Shown here: piece by piece, positions 17,047-27,547 of the stretch | Layout: every line of letters starts with the position of its first letter | Position numbering within the stretch: position 1 is the stretch's first letter | Source: Candidatus Saccharimonadota bacterium | Lineage (GTDB): Bacteria > Patescibacteriota > Saccharimonadia > Saccharimonadales > OFTM59 | Assembly: GCA_029260875.1 (NCBI GenBank) | Contig: JAJDCL010000011.1 | Coordinates: 62,401-126,400, forward strand | Direction: 5' to 3' | DNA length: 64,000 nucleotides | Notes under the pieces: generated by a model | Told to the model about the DNA's origin: nothing | What the model saw: the letters and a program-made list of their open reading frames with translations, nothing else | Databases searched by the model: none | Translations under genes and position numbers: made by a program

Positions 17047-18801
17047 ATGCGAGTCTCTGATGCCTTTGTTGAGCAACTATTAAAAAAATCCGGCAAGGTC
17101 ACCGACCAACAGCTGGCAGATTTGCGTGAGCAAGAAAAAAACGAAAAAAAGCCACTACAAGATCTGGCTGTTTCATCTAGCCTGATCTCCGAAGCCGAAC
17201 TTACCAAGGCCTACGCAGAAGAGATTGATGTGCCCTTTGTTGAGATAGACACAAAAGCCTTATCTAAAGAACTCTTGCATTTAGTACCCGAACGCATAGC
17301 CAGACAGTACCGTGCGGTTTTATATGGGGTTGATAAGAATGGCAACAAACAGCTAGCAATGGCCGACCCTGACGACGTTCAGGCGATTAGTTTCTTGCAG
17401 AAACAGCTAGGTTCGGACTTAAGAATATATGTGGCAACACAGTCAAACATCTTGACTGCTCTTGATCAATACCGTGGCAATATTGGTACGGAGATCAGTA
17501 AAGTAGTCTCTGAAAGTGACGGCGACGGCGACGGCGACGAAGAGGTTAGTGAAGAGGATCTAGCTGAAGATTCGCCCATTGCTCAGACAGTAAACCTGAT
17601 AATTGAATATGCTGTAAACTCTGGCGCCAGTGATATTCACATTGAACCACGGGAAAAGTTTGTTCAGATTCGCTACCGTATTGACGGCGTTTTGCGAGAG
17701 GCAAACAAGCTGCCAAAGCGGACTTTGGCAGCTATGGTTTCACGTATCAAGATTTTGTCTGGACTTAAGATTGACGAGAGGCGTGTGCCACAGGACGGAC
17801 GCTTCAAGCTGAATATGAACGGCCGTATATTTGCCTTTCGGGTGTCAACCTTGCCTGTGTCCGATGGCGAGAAGGTTGTTATGCGTGTTTTGGATGAATC
17901 GAGCGACCCTTTAACGCTTGAAAAGCTTGGTTTTTGGGGCTTGGCACTTGAGCACATTCAGTCTGCAATCAAGCAGCCGCATGGAATGATTTTAGTTACT
18001 GGTCCGACTGGTTCGGGTAAATCCACAACCCTTCATAGTGTGCTTAACATTTTGAACCGGCCTGATATCAATATTTCTACGGTTGAAGACCCTGTTGAAT
18101 ATCGGCTGGAGGGCGTAAATCAGACACAGACCAACAACACCGCTGGCATGACTTTTGCAAACGGCCTGCGGGCGCTGCTTAGGCAGGACCCTAATGTCAT
18201 TATGGTTGGCGAGATTCGTGACGGCGAGACAGCTGGACTAGCTGTACAGGCGGCTTTGACCGGGCATCTCGTCTTTTCAACACTACACACCAACAATGCT
18301 GCTACGTGTTTGCCACGCCTTCTAGATATGAGTATAGAGCCGTTCCTAATCGCTTCAACTGTGCGCGTCGTAATCGGGCAACGTCTGGTGAGGCGGCTTG
18401 TTCCGGAGGAGTGTGAACAATACACACCAGACGACAAAGAGCGCAAAGAGATTGAGCGAGCTTTTTCCATCAAGACAAACGAGGATTGGAAACGGGTACT
18501 CGAGCTGGCCTCTGAGGCTCAGACCGCGTTTGATAGGCCTAAAACAAGCAAGCTGACCTTTTGGCGTCCGAAAAAGGATCTGGGCGAAGGCCATACAGGC
18601 TATAGGGGCCGAATGGGCATTTACGAGGTCCTCAGCGTATCTACCGAGATACAAAAGATGATTGTGGCAAACGCCACCAGCGAGCAGATCCAGAGCGAGG
18701 CAGTAAAAGAGGGTATGGCAACCATGCAGCTCGATGGACTAATCAAAGCAATGTTGGGCATGACTTCAATAGAAGAAATATTAAGAGTAACCAGGGAATA
18801 G
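17047..18801 (+). CDS. pilB: Type IV pilus assembly ATPase PilB (GspE family)
   Basis: N-terminal T2SSE_N-like domain, Walker A GPTGSGKSTTL, and GspE motifs (RQDPNVIMVGEIRD). It contains an in-frame (GACGGC) repeat that encodes DGDGDGDEE. Confidence 0.9.
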   Translation: MRVSDAFVEQLLKKSGKVTDQQLADLREQEKNEKKPLQDLAVSSSLISEAELTKAYAEEIDVPFVEIDTKALSKELLHLVPERIARQYRAVLYGVDKNGNKQLAMADPDDVQAISFLQKQLGSDLRIYVATQSNILTALDQYRGNIGTEISKVVSESDGDGDGDEEVSEEDLAEDSPIAQTVNLIIEYAVNSGASDIHIEPREKFVQIRYRIDGVLREANKLPKRTLAAMVSRIKILSGLKIDERRVPQDGRFKLNMNGRIFAFRVSTLPVSDGEKVVMRVLDESSDPLTLEKLGFWGLALEHIQSAIKQPHGMILVTGPTGSGKSTTLHSVLNILNRPDINISTVEDPVEYRLEGVNQTQTNNTAGMTFANGLRALLRQDPNVIMVGEIRDGETAGLAVQAALTGHLVFSTLHTNNAATCLPRLLDMSIEPFLIASTVRVVIGQRLVRRLVPEECEQYTPDDKERKEIERAFSIKTNEDWKRVLELASEAQTAFDRPKTSKLTFWRPKKDLGEGHTGYRGRMGIYEVLSVSTEIQKMIVANATSEQIQSEAVKEGMATMQLDGLIKAMLGMTSIEEILRVTRE

Positions 18802-18802
18802 T

Positions 18803-20026
18803 ATGCCAACATTTAAATACACAGCAATTGACAAAACAGGTAAGCGTGTAACAGGCACGACCGAAGCAGCAAGCGCTGCTGTTGCAACCGCCAATCTTAA
18901 GTTGCGTGAACTGCGCCCTATTGAGGTTGCGCTAGCAAAAAATGGAAGCCTGGTGAGCAAACTGCCCTTTGGGCCGGGCAAGAAAAAAGTTAAGTCTAAA
19001 GACCTGGTGGTTTTCACCAGACAGCTTGCGACTATGATAAATGCCGGCGTGCCACTTGTAAGGTCCTTAGCAACTTTGCAGGTTCAAACCGAAAACCCAA
19101 ACTTTAAACAGCATATAGTTGAGGTCACTAAGGAAGTAGAGGGTGGTGCAACTTTTGCAGATGCACTTGAAAGGCATTCGGTAGTATTTTCGCCGATTTA
19201 TATAAATATGGTCAGGGCCGGTGAAGCGGGCGGTATTTTAGACGCAATCCTGAAGAAGCTCGCCACTCAGCAAGAAAAAGACGAAAAGATCAAAGGTAAG
19301 TTTAAAAGCGCCATGACATATCCGATCATCCTGCTGACCATTACTACGCTGGTTTTTTTGGCATTGATGGTCTTTGTTATGCCAAAGATAGGTAAAATCA
19401 TTCAGGATCTGGCCGGGCCTAGTGCCGAGTTACCCCCCCTCACAATAGTTATGCTTGGCATCAGCAACTTCCTGGTTGCTAGGTGGTATGTACTCCTTGG
19501 CATTGGCGTAATTGCGGGCGCAGTACTATCACGATACATAAGCACGCCAGGGGGGCGACGAAAGAAGGATAAGATTCTTTTGAAATTGCCTGTTATCAAA
19601 ACTGTTATCAAAAAGGTCGCTATAGCCCGTTTTGCCCGTATTTTTGCATCGCTTATGAGTGCTGGAGTTACGGTTATTGATTCGATTGAGGTAACTGCTA
19701 AAGCTATTGGCAACAGTGTGATTGAAGAAGAACTAATGGCAGCCTCTAAAACAGTCGCAAATGGCCAGCAACTATCCGTACCAATTAGTGCAAGCAAGGT
19801 CTTCCCCCCTATTGTGGGGCAGATGCTATCTGTAGGCGAAGAAACCGGTAAGACAGATGAGATCCTGGTGAAAGTTGCTGATTTTTACGAGGATGAAGTG
19901 GATGTAGTTGTAGATAGTCTTAGCTCTATACTGGAGCCTATTATGATCGTAGTAATGGGTACATTGGTCGGTCTTATAGCTGCCAGCGTGATCGGGCCAA
20001 TCAGCAATCTTTCCAATCAGATATAG
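18803..20026 (+). CDS. pilC: Type IV pilus platform protein PilC (GspF family)
   Basis: Two GspF repeats, the N-terminus MPTFKYTAIDKTGK, and TM segments. It is adjacent to pilB. Confidence 0.9.
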   Translation: MPTFKYTAIDKTGKRVTGTTEAASAAVATANLKLRELRPIEVALAKNGSLVSKLPFGPGKKKVKSKDLVVFTRQLATMINAGVPLVRSLATLQVQTENPNFKQHIVEVTKEVEGGATFADALERHSVVFSPIYINMVRAGEAGGILDAILKKLATQQEKDEKIKGKFKSAMTYPIILLTITTLVFLALMVFVMPKIGKIIQDLAGPSAELPPLTIVMLGISNFLVARWYVLLGIGVIAGAVLSRYISTPGGRRKKDKILLKLPVIKTVIKKVAIARFARIFASLMSAGVTVIDSIEVTAKAIGNSVIEEELMAASKTVANGQQLSVPISASKVFPPIVGQMLSVGEETGKTDEILVKVADFYEDEVDVVVDSLSSILEPIMIVVMGTLVGLIAASVIGPISNLSNQI

Positions 20027-20192
20027 CACACCACCCGAAGACCTTACACATATAGACCTAATAAATAAACCACACCTAATGCACAGGGAAAAGTATTGCG
20101 CGATATGAAACATGTGATAGTGTATAACCATAAGCTGTAAAAAGCTTGAAATACTAATTACAATTTACAAATAAGAAGGGTGGGCATTATAA

Positions 20193-20681
20193 ATGTTCAA
20201 GACACTTAAAAAAGCACAAGACGGCTTCACGATTATCGAACTTTTGATCGTAATCGCGATTATTGCTGTTTTGGCAGGGCTCGTACTTAACAACTTCCAG
20301 GGTGCACAGGCAAAGGCTCGTGACACACAACGTTTAACCGACATAAACAACATACACAGTAAACTAGAAGAATTTTACAACGAGAAGGGTTTTTACCCTG
20401 ATACTTTTGAAGCAGATGATTTCCCTGGTATCGACGAGGATAGCCTAATAGACCCTGATGGTGCAGAGATAGTCAAAAGCGCACCAGTGGCTAACGAAGC
20501 TGGAGCTACAGTAGAACCGGACAGTATAGACGAGTACATTTACATACCATTCCCTACGAGCTGTACTACTGTAAACGAAGACTGTGAGGGTTATGTCCTA
20601 AAGTCTTATATCGAAAAGCCAACCGCTTCTACGACAAACCCATATGTCAAAAAGGGATTGAACAACCCTGCAACCCCTTAG
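20193..20681 (+). CDS. pilA: Type IV major pilin (prepilin with class III signal)
   Basis: KKAQDG|FTIIELLIVIAIIAVLAGLV is a prepilin cleavage and methylation motif with Glu5. Confidence 0.8.
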   Translation: MFKTLKKAQDGFTIIELLIVIAIIAVLAGLVLNNFQGAQAKARDTQRLTDINNIHSKLEEFYNEKGFYPDTFEADDFPGIDEDSLIDPDGAEIVKSAPVANEAGATVEPDSIDEYIYIPFPTSCTTVNEDCEGYVLKSYIEKPTASTTNPYVKKGLNNPATP

Positions 20682-20705
20682 TTTGAGCTTTTAAAAAGCT
20701 TTTCA

Positions 20706-20748
20706 GAGAACCCTGCCAAGTGCTGAAACGGCAGGGTTCTTTTGTTGT
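20706..20748 (+). terminator. Rho-independent terminator after the pilin gene
   Basis: agaaccctgcc / ggcagggttct is an 11 bp stem followed by tttgttgtt. Confidence 0.7.
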
Positions 20749-20787
20749 TGGTTATGCTATAATTTCTCTAAAGCAAAGTGGGCCTTA

Positions 20788-21849
20788 ATGAACAAAATCC
20801 TCTTTTATAAAGACAAAGCAGTATTTGGACTTGATATCGGCTTTAGCAGTATAAAAGTCATGCAGATTGAGCGTGTAGGCAAAAAACGTGTAGTCGGTGG
20901 CTACGGTGTGGTCAATTTTGACCCCAGCGCTGTCGTGGATGGTGTTATTAAGAACCCTGAACTGCTTGCAAAGTCAGCGTATGAGTTATTTAAGAAAAAT
21001 TTAGTTGGCGATATAACTACTCGTCGCGTTGCATTAGCTATCCCCGCTGTTCGCACATTTAACCGCACCGTGCAACTACCAAAGATGGGTCGTAAACAAC
21101 TGGATCAAGCTATCAGGCTAGAAGCAGAACAATACATTCCCCTCCCCCTAGATAGCCTGTACCTAGATTACGAGATAATAAGACAAACCGACGAAGCACT
21201 AGAGCTGCTGGTCGTCGCCACACCACGAACCATAATAGACTCTTACATATCATGGATTCGCCTAATAGGGCTAGAGGTGGCCGCCATTGAAACAACTATC
21301 GGTTCTGGCAGTCGGTTATTTGTCCAAGCAGAAGACAGTAGCGTACCTACTGTACTCATAGATTTTGGGTCAGTGTCTTCTGACATTACGGTCTACGATC
21401 AAACCCTCGTTGTAACCGGTACAGTGCCGGGCGGGGGTGATAGCTTTAGTAGCCTGATCGCTGACTCTTTAAACGTTACTAAGCAAGAGGCACACGTGAT
21501 CAAAACAAAATATGGCCTGGGGGTTAGCAAAAAACAGAAAGAAATATCCGACAGCCTTTCACCTCTCTTAGAGCAACACCTTAAAGAAATACGGCGCATG
21601 ATTCGTTACTATGAAGAACGGTCTGATACGGATCGCAAAATTGGCCAGGTAGTTACCATGGGCGGTGGGGCTAATATGCCAGGCCTGTCAGAGCACCTCA
21701 CAAATCAACTTCGCTTGCCGGTTCGGATGTGCAGCCCTTGGCAAAAGCTAAACTTTGGCGGGCTGCAGCCACCAAGCTCTGTGGAGAAGTCTATGTATAT
21801 AACGGTCGCTGGCCTGAGCCTAATAGAACCGGGCGAAATATACGCATGA
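20788..21849 (+). CDS. pilM: Type IV pilus assembly protein PilM (actin-like ATPase)
   Basis: FGLDIGFSSIKVMQIE and the actin/HSP70-fold pattern. It overlaps pilN with an ATGA junction. Confidence 0.85.
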   Translation: MNKILFYKDKAVFGLDIGFSSIKVMQIERVGKKRVVGGYGVVNFDPSAVVDGVIKNPELLAKSAYELFKKNLVGDITTRRVALAIPAVRTFNRTVQLPKMGRKQLDQAIRLEAEQYIPLPLDSLYLDYEIIRQTDEALELLVVATPRTIIDSYISWIRLIGLEVAAIETTIGSGSRLFVQAEDSSVPTVLIDFGSVSSDITVYDQTLVVTGTVPGGGDSFSSLIADSLNVTKQEAHVIKTKYGLGVSKKQKEISDSLSPLLEQHLKEIRRMIRYYEERSDTDRKIGQVVTMGGGANMPGLSEHLTNQLRLPVRMCSPWQKLNFGGLQPPSSVEKSMYITVAGLSLIEPGEIYA

Positions 21850-22448
21850 TAAATCTGTTACCGCCCGAACTCAAAGATACGTTATTATATGCGCGTCGCA
21901 ACCGCATGCTCGTTAAGTGGGTTGCTGCTTTCTTTATTGGTATGGTAGGTATAGGTGGCGTCATACTAGCTGGAGATATATACATAAATCAATCTGCGCA
22001 AGATTACAAGACGGGCGTAGAGCGTCAGAAAGCCCAACTAACCGAACAAAAGCTAGAAGAAACCAAACAACGAACCGAGGATATAAGCACAAGTACCAAG
22101 CTGGCCTTTCAGGTTTTATCGCGCCAGGTGTTGTTCTCGGAACTTTTACAGCAGACCGGTGCGGTAATGCCTTCAGGCGCAGCCTTGCAGTCACTCAGCA
22201 TAAGTAAGCTTGAGGGCGCTCTTGATCTTCAAGTGATAGCTGCAGATTACCAAACCGGCACACAAGTACAGGTCAACTTATCCGACCCACAGAACAAGAT
22301 TTTTGATAAAGCAGATATTGTCAGTATTACCTGTGCGGCCTCAGCGCCCGATAATCGCTACCCGTGCCAGGTGAGTATCCGCGCACTATTCTCTAAGGAC
22401 AGCACCTTCCTGTTTACCAACTTAGCAAAGGAGGGTAGTGCAAGATGA
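21846..22448 (+). CDS. pilN: Type IV pilus assembly protein PilN
   Basis: The internal start MINLLPPELKD (the INLLP motif) and a TM. The ATGA overlap with pilM is at 21846. Confidence 0.7.
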   Translation: MINLLPPELKDTLLYARRNRMLVKWVAAFFIGMVGIGGVILAGDIYINQSAQDYKTGVERQKAQLTEQKLEETKQRTEDISTSTKLAFQVLSRQVLFSELLQQTGAVMPSGAALQSLSISKLEGALDLQVIAADYQTGTQVQVNLSDPQNKIFDKADIVSITCAASAPDNRYPCQVSIRALFSKDSTFLFTNLAKEGSAR

Positions 22449-23071
22449 ACAGCAAGCGTCTCTTCTATACACTATGCATAATGCTGGTATTGTTGGGCGC
22501 CGCCAGTTTAGGTGTTGTTATTTTTGGCAATAGCTATATCAAGCAGCAGACACAGCACATTGTCGCCTTAAAAGCAGAGAGCTTGGCCTTGGATGAGCAA
22601 AGTCGCTCTCTCGTGCAAGCTAAAAAAGATATTGAAAAATACGAAGAGCTAGAGCGCATTTCAAAATCCATCGTTCCTCAGGAAAAAGATCAAGCCAGGA
22701 CGGTAAGAGAGATCATTGCGTTGGCCGAACAAAGCGGAGTGTCTATTTCCAGTGTCACCTTTCCTTCCTCAAATCTTGGGCAACCTACTGCCCGACCAGC
22801 AACCCCTGCGACAGGCAGTAGCACCCCTCCAGCATCCGCTACAACCCAAGTAAAGCCGGTGGAAGGAATCCCGAACGTGTACCAACTTGAGATCTCAATT
22901 CAATCGGATGCAGCCAAGCCGGTACCATATCAAAGTATGTTAATCTTCTTGTCAAAGCTAGAGCAAAATCGCAGAACAGCGCACATCACCAACCTATCGG
23001 TAACTCCGCACAACAACGATCGCAACCGTGTCACATTTAACCTAACCGTAAATGCATATATAAAACCATGA
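22445..23071 (+). CDS. pilO: Type IV pilus assembly protein PilO-like
   Basis: N-terminal TM and a coiled coil. It is translationally coupled to both neighbours. Confidence 0.55.
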   Translation: MNSKRLFYTLCIMLVLLGAASLGVVIFGNSYIKQQTQHIVALKAESLALDEQSRSLVQAKKDIEKYEELERISKSIVPQEKDQARTVREIIALAEQSGVSISSVTFPSSNLGQPTARPATPATGSSTPPASATTQVKPVEGIPNVYQLEISIQSDAAKPVPYQSMLIFLSKLEQNRRTAHITNLSVTPHNNDRNRVTFNLTVNAYIKP

Positions 23072-23367
23072 ATAAATACATCGGAATAATTACGACTAAA
23101 TTAGGCCCGCTCATAGAAATACTGCGACGCTATAGGGTGGCCGTTTTTATCATTTGTTTCTTGGGGATATATACGTTTTTAGTCATGCAGATTAATGTGC
23201 TGAGTAACAGAGAACCCGACCCGGCTACAATTAGCTCACAGCAGCAAACTACAAAAAGGCTGAGCATAGACCAAAGCTCCATTGACAGAATCCTTGAGCT
23301 AGAAGAACAAAATATTGATGTGAAGACACTGTTTGAACAAGCCCGTCAAAACCCCTTCAACGAATAG
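23068..23367 (+). CDS. Small membrane protein in the pilMNO operon (PilP-like?)
   Basis: ATGA overlap with the pilO stop and a single TM. Confidence 0.4.
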   Translation: MNKYIGIITTKLGPLIEILRRYRVAVFIICFLGIYTFLVMQINVLSNREPDPATISSQQQTTKRLSIDQSSIDRILELEEQNIDVKTLFEQARQNPFNE

Positions 23368-23378
23368 CTACTCCGGTA

Positions 23379-23993
23379 CTAATTGCCATAAAGTTTTAAG
23401 TTTTCTTCGTGTGCATGCACAATTGACTTAGAGGCAGCATATGGTTTTGGCACGTAACTAAAAGTATAGTTTTGTTGCTCGCCAGCTGTCTCCACCACCA
23501 AGGTCCCGTAATCGAATATGCGCGACAGGATACCAATCTGGCTAACGGTCACGTCCTGGACATCTCCAATGCTAAGTTGAGATATTTTTCTATCAAAGAT
23601 TGTTCTGTAGGTGACTTGGGTTAGTTTTTCGCTAGTCACAAGCACTACGTTGCTTTGGTATATGTACGCACCTAAAAAGGTGATTAGCAAGGTAAGTAGC
23701 GTAAGAAAGGTACCTAGTAAAATTAGTGGAGTGCGGAGTGGGGTTGTTGCCACACCGGTACTAAGTGGGTCGTTATCTAAAAAGAATGTAGCGCCAAAAA
23801 ACGCTATAACTAACATAGTAGCCACGAATAAGCCCGTAAGATAAATTAGGAACAACCCGAGCGGATGTTTACGAATCTCGCACACAAGCTTTTCGTCTTC
23901 GTCAAATTCAATAAGTTTAAACAGTTTTTGACCGACACCTGATAGATTAGCTGGCTGCATATGTACCATTATACCAGCCCTGATGGTATACAA
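23379..23993 (-). CDS. Membrane protein with a bacterial PH (bPH_2/DUF304-like) domain
   Basis: Two TM helices followed by a YdbT-like PH-domain pattern (VLVTSEKLTQVTYRTIFDRKISQLSIGDVQDVTVSQ). Confidence 0.45.
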   Translation of the reverse strand: MYTIRAGIMVHMQPANLSGVGQKLFKLIEFDEDEKLVCEIRKHPLGLFLIYLTGLFVATMLVIAFFGATFFLDNDPLSTGVATTPLRTPLILLGTFLTLLTLLITFLGAYIYQSNVVLVTSEKLTQVTYRTIFDRKISQLSIGDVQDVTVSQIGILSRIFDYGTLVVETAGEQQNYTFSYVPKPYAASKSIVHAHEENLKLYGN

Positions 23994-24004
23994 TAGACAA
24001 CAAC

Positions 24005-24415
24005 ATGCTTGTGTTTCGTAACAAACTCTTAAAAGAGTGGCAAGGTTTTACTATTATCGAACTATTAATAGTAATTGCGATATTTGCCATTGTTATGCCC
24101 ACGCTTGCAGCCGGGATAAATAACTTAACAGTATTAAATAATCGCTCTCGTGATTTAGCGCTTGCGAATTTGATCGCCGAAAGTAAGGCCGAGCAACTAC
24201 GCAATGCGGGCTATAATAGCCTTTCGCCAGGCACGGTGAGTTTTAGCGAGGACCTACCAGACGAATTGGCCCCGCCCAAAACTGGCACGTACACAGTTTC
24301 AACCCCAACCCCCGGTTTGGCAGAAATCTCTATTGAAATTAGCTACAGGGATTACAGCCAAACCAAGGTTGTAAAATACAAAACTGTAGTGAGCGAGCTG
24401 GGAGTTGGGCAATGA
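24005..24415 (+). CDS. Minor pilin or pseudopilin (prepilin-type N-terminal domain)
   Basis: KEWQG|FTIIELLIVIAIFAIV. Confidence 0.7.
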   Translation: MLVFRNKLLKEWQGFTIIELLIVIAIFAIVMPTLAAGINNLTVLNNRSRDLALANLIAESKAEQLRNAGYNSLSPGTVSFSEDLPDELAPPKTGTYTVSTPTPGLAEISIEISYRDYSQTKVVKYKTVVSELGVGQ

Positions 24416-25071
24416 AAAAACTCGGCCAAAACGGCGTAACAATCTTCGAACTTTTGATATCGGTTAGCATTGCAGCTATTCTCATCACTGTACTAGTGTC
24501 AGTTTCACTGGGTTTTTACGGCAGCACAATAAGAAGTCAAGTAACAGCAGAGATGGCTATTGACTCACATTTTATGTTACGAGCGATGGTAGAAGATTTG
24601 CGTTTAGGTCGCAACATAGGCGTAACTAGTGTCTTGGCTGACTCAAACGCTCCTAGCGGAGGCTGGGCGACCAGTGACGTTAATAATGTACTTATAATCA
24701 ATAGGCCCGCAACAACCGCAAGTAATGACATCATCTATGACAGCAGCACAGGATACCCCTACAATAATGAGCACATATACTTTATTACGGAGAATAAACT
24801 GCAGAAAAGATTGTTAAAAAATACCAGTGCCGCAGGCAATCACATCACTACTAGTTGCCCGTTATCAGCCTCAAGCAGCACCTGTCCATCTGATAGACTC
24901 TATTCATCATATGTTGATAACATGGCCTTCACATTCTATGATGACAATAATAATATTATAACTGATGTGGCCCTAGCACGGTCCGTAAACATAAACCTTG
25001 TAATGTCGCGCAAGATTTTTGGCAAAACAGTAACTTTTAATAACACAATTCTCACAAAGCTAAGGAACTAA
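24412..25071 (+). CDS. Minor pilin or pseudopilin
   Basis: QNG|VTIFELLISVSIAAILITVLV. It overlaps the upstream minor pilin gene by 4 nt. Confidence 0.6.
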   Translation: MKKLGQNGVTIFELLISVSIAAILITVLVSVSLGFYGSTIRSQVTAEMAIDSHFMLRAMVEDLRLGRNIGVTSVLADSNAPSGGWATSDVNNVLIINRPATTASNDIIYDSSTGYPYNNEHIYFITENKLQKRLLKNTSAAGNHITTSCPLSASSSTCPSDRLYSSYVDNMAFTFYDDNNNIITDVALARSVNINLVMSRKIFGKTVTFNNTILTKLRN

Positions 25072-25072
25072 G

Positions 25073-26518
25073 ATGAAGAACAAAAAACCAATACAGCACC
25101 AGCAACATGGCTTTATCATGCCCGTACTGTTATTTACTATAACGCTCATCGTAACAATGATGGCGTTTGTGGGCTCACTCTCACTCACCACCTATAACCT
25201 AGCCTCACGAGAAGCCTATAAGGTCAACGCCCAACTCGCTGCTGATGCCGGATTAGATGTAGGTATTCACGAGTTCAACCTGGATAATACATGGACGGGC
25301 ACAAGCAGCTCCGATCCGCACTGGTCAGGCGTGGGTGATGAAATAAACCTACTAGACACACCAAGCCTCCGCACTACTTATGAAACCGACATACTGCCAG
25401 GGGCAAGCGATGATCGTAGAATTATCGCGGTTATTGCACGGAGCTATTCGCCAAGTACTTCAGCTACGCCAAAAATCACCCGGCGTTACGAAGTTGATTT
25501 ACAATCTGTAACTAGTGGATATGGGCCTTCCTCTGTAGTGAGTGGTGTTGGCGGTCTAGTATTAAACAACAATGCCAAGATCACTGGAGGAGACGTTGTG
25601 GTAAATGGGACCATAGCCCTTGGGAACAATTCCCAAATCGGTTTGTCTTCTACACCTACAGATAACGCGGTTAATGTAAGAGTCTCGCACATCAACTGCC
25701 CAAACCCACCCGATAGCACATATCCTCGTACTTGTGCAGCAGGTGAAAACGGTGAGCCGATAACCATAGGAAGCAATGCAAAAATCTACGCTGATGTGCG
25801 GGCAACAAACCAAATCAGCGGATCAAGTATGTTTAACCCCGGCTTAGTTCCGAACCAGACCTTCCCTCCTGTTATTTTGCCAGATTATGATCGTCAAGCC
25901 CACAAGGATGCGGTGGCCGTCGAACGAGCCCCCAGCCACACCGATATATCGTGTGGCAGTAATGGCACGAAAACATGGCCCGAAAATGTCAAAATCACCG
26001 GGAACGTGAATCTTGGGAATAACTGCACCGTAACATTGTCGGGTAACGTATGGATAACTGGTAACCTAGGGTTTGGGAATAACGCAAAAATGAAGATCCC
26101 CAACTCCGTAGGCATCAACCCGCCCGTAATCATGGTTGACGGTTCTAATGGAGTTACATTTGGCAATAACGCCACGATACAAGCCAATAACGTCAAGACA
26201 GGGGCTTATATTATAAGCTATTGGAGCGCAGACAGTTCGTGTAGCCCGGAATGTATGAATGTAACAGGGGTAAACCTAGTCAACAGCCAGAATGTCGTAA
26301 AGATTAACTTAAGTAATAATGGCAGCGCCCCGGGAAGCATACTTTATGCTCGTTGGTCACGGGTTCGGGTTTCTAATAATGGCGCTGTTGGGGCACTAGC
26401 CGGTCAATCAATTGAGCTAGGCAATAATGCCGTTATTAACTTTACTTCATCTCTGCCCGGTAGCGATAACATGATCGTGACTTGGGTAAAACGCGGCTAT
26501 ATGCGTGTGTTTGAATAG
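25073..26518 (+). CDS. Large PilX-like minor pilin or pilus tip protein with a parallel beta-helix repeat region
   Basis: N-terminal prepilin-like hydrophobic segment (HG|FIMPVLLFTITLIVTMMAFVG). The C-terminal half has repeated GNN..I.G...V.G motifs (VKITGNVNLGNNCTVTLSGNVWITGNLGFGNNAKMKI). Confidence 0.55.
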   Translation: MKNKKPIQHQQHGFIMPVLLFTITLIVTMMAFVGSLSLTTYNLASREAYKVNAQLAADAGLDVGIHEFNLDNTWTGTSSSDPHWSGVGDEINLLDTPSLRTTYETDILPGASDDRRIIAVIARSYSPSTSATPKITRRYEVDLQSVTSGYGPSSVVSGVGGLVLNNNAKITGGDVVVNGTIALGNNSQIGLSSTPTDNAVNVRVSHINCPNPPDSTYPRTCAAGENGEPITIGSNAKIYADVRATNQISGSSMFNPGLVPNQTFPPVILPDYDRQAHKDAVAVERAPSHTDISCGSNGTKTWPENVKITGNVNLGNNCTVTLSGNVWITGNLGFGNNAKMKIPNSVGINPPVIMVDGSNGVTFGNNATIQANNVKTGAYIISYWSADSSCSPECMNVTGVNLVNSQNVVKINLSNNGSAPGSILYARWSRVRVSNNGAVGALAGQSIELGNNAVINFTSSLPGSDNMIVTWVKRGYMRVFE

Positions 26519-26521
26519 GGC

Positions 26522-27547
26522 CTATTCAAGGATTGTCTGCTGAGTATTAGTTTTAGATGTCTGCTTTAAATGCTGGTAAGCTTTGGCTGTAACTTTTCGG
26601 CCACGCGGGGTACGTTCTAGAAGCCCGATCTGCATAAGATACGGTTCGTAAAAATCTTCTATGGTCCCACGCTCATCACCCGTTAGCGCTGCTAAAGTTT
26701 CCACGCCAACAGGCCCGCCGTTATGACTTTCAATGATTGCCATCAATAGCATTCTATCGGCTGGGTCCAGGCCCAGCTCATCAATCTCTAGCAGCTCAAG
26801 CGCTTGTAGCCCAGTAGCGTGGTTAATAATCCCATCACCATTTACATCAGCGTAGTCACGCACTCTTTTAAGAAGACGATTGGCAATCCTTGGGGTTAAT
26901 CGAGCACGTACAGCTAGGACTTCAGCGGCTTTTTTGTCTATTTTTATGTTCAGAATCTTAGCAGCCCGTTCAATTATTTTTCTCACCTCATCGGGCTTAT
27001 AAAATTCCAAACGGTGCACGAGACCGAAGCGGTCACGCAAAGGCGCCGCCAATGATCCAGCCCTCGTCGTAGCACCTATCAAAGTAAACTTCGGTAAATC
27101 TAGCCGCAAGCTACGTGCTGAGGGCCCCTTACCGAGCATAATGTCTAGCTTAAAATCTTCCATGGCGCTATAAAGCACCTCTTCAACACTCCTATGTAGG
27201 CGATGAATTTCGTCAATAAACAATATGTCATTGTCTTGAAGATTAGTTAATATGCTAGCCAGATCACCGGCACGCTCAATGGCAGGCCCACTGGTCACAC
27301 GAATCGTTGTGCCCATTTCGTTCGCTATAACTGTTGCCATAGTAGTCTTGCCAAGTCCCGGTGGACCATATAACAAGACGTGGTCTAGTGGTTCGCCCCG
27401 TTTTTTTGCAGCCGATATCGCTAATTGCAGGTTCTGTTTGAGCCTGTCTTGACCAATATAATTAACAAAGTCACGAGGCCGAATAGTCTGCTCTAATTCT
27501 TGCTCGGGCACATCATCTGCAGACGGGTTAACGATTCGTTCAATCAT
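26522..27547 (-). CDS. ruvB: Holliday junction helicase RuvB
   Basis: [22 protein letters not shown], and sensor motifs. Confidence 0.95.
   Translation of the reverse strand: MIERIVNPSADDVPEQELEQTIRPRDFVNYIGQDRLKQNLQLAISAAKKRGEPLDHVLLYGPPGLGKTTMATVIANEMGTTIRVTSGPAIERAGDLASILTNLQDNDILFIDEIHRLHRSVEEVLYSAMEDFKLDIMLGKGPSARSLRLDLPKFTLIGATTRAGSLAAPLRDRFGLVHRLEFYKPDEVRKIIERAAKILNIKIDKKAAEVLAVRARLTPRIANRLLKRVRDYADVNGDGIINHATGLQALELLEIDELGLDPADRMLLMAIIESHNGGPVGVETLAALTGDERGTIEDFYEPYLMQIGLLERTPRGRKVTAKAYQHLKQTSKTNTQQTILE

Noticed and set aside
19433-19439. The C7 homopolymer inside pilC (and G7 at ~38655) as phase-variation switches
   Set aside because: They are in frame at present. A few 7-mer G/C runs are expected by chance in 64 kb at this GC content. 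Only the fic tract coincides with an actual frame break.
17047-26518. The pilus locus as a type II secretion system
   Set aside because: Distinct pilin and minor pilin genes, together with the PilM/PilN/PilO set, fit type IV pili better than T2SS. No secretin (GspD) or GspC/L/M is encoded here.
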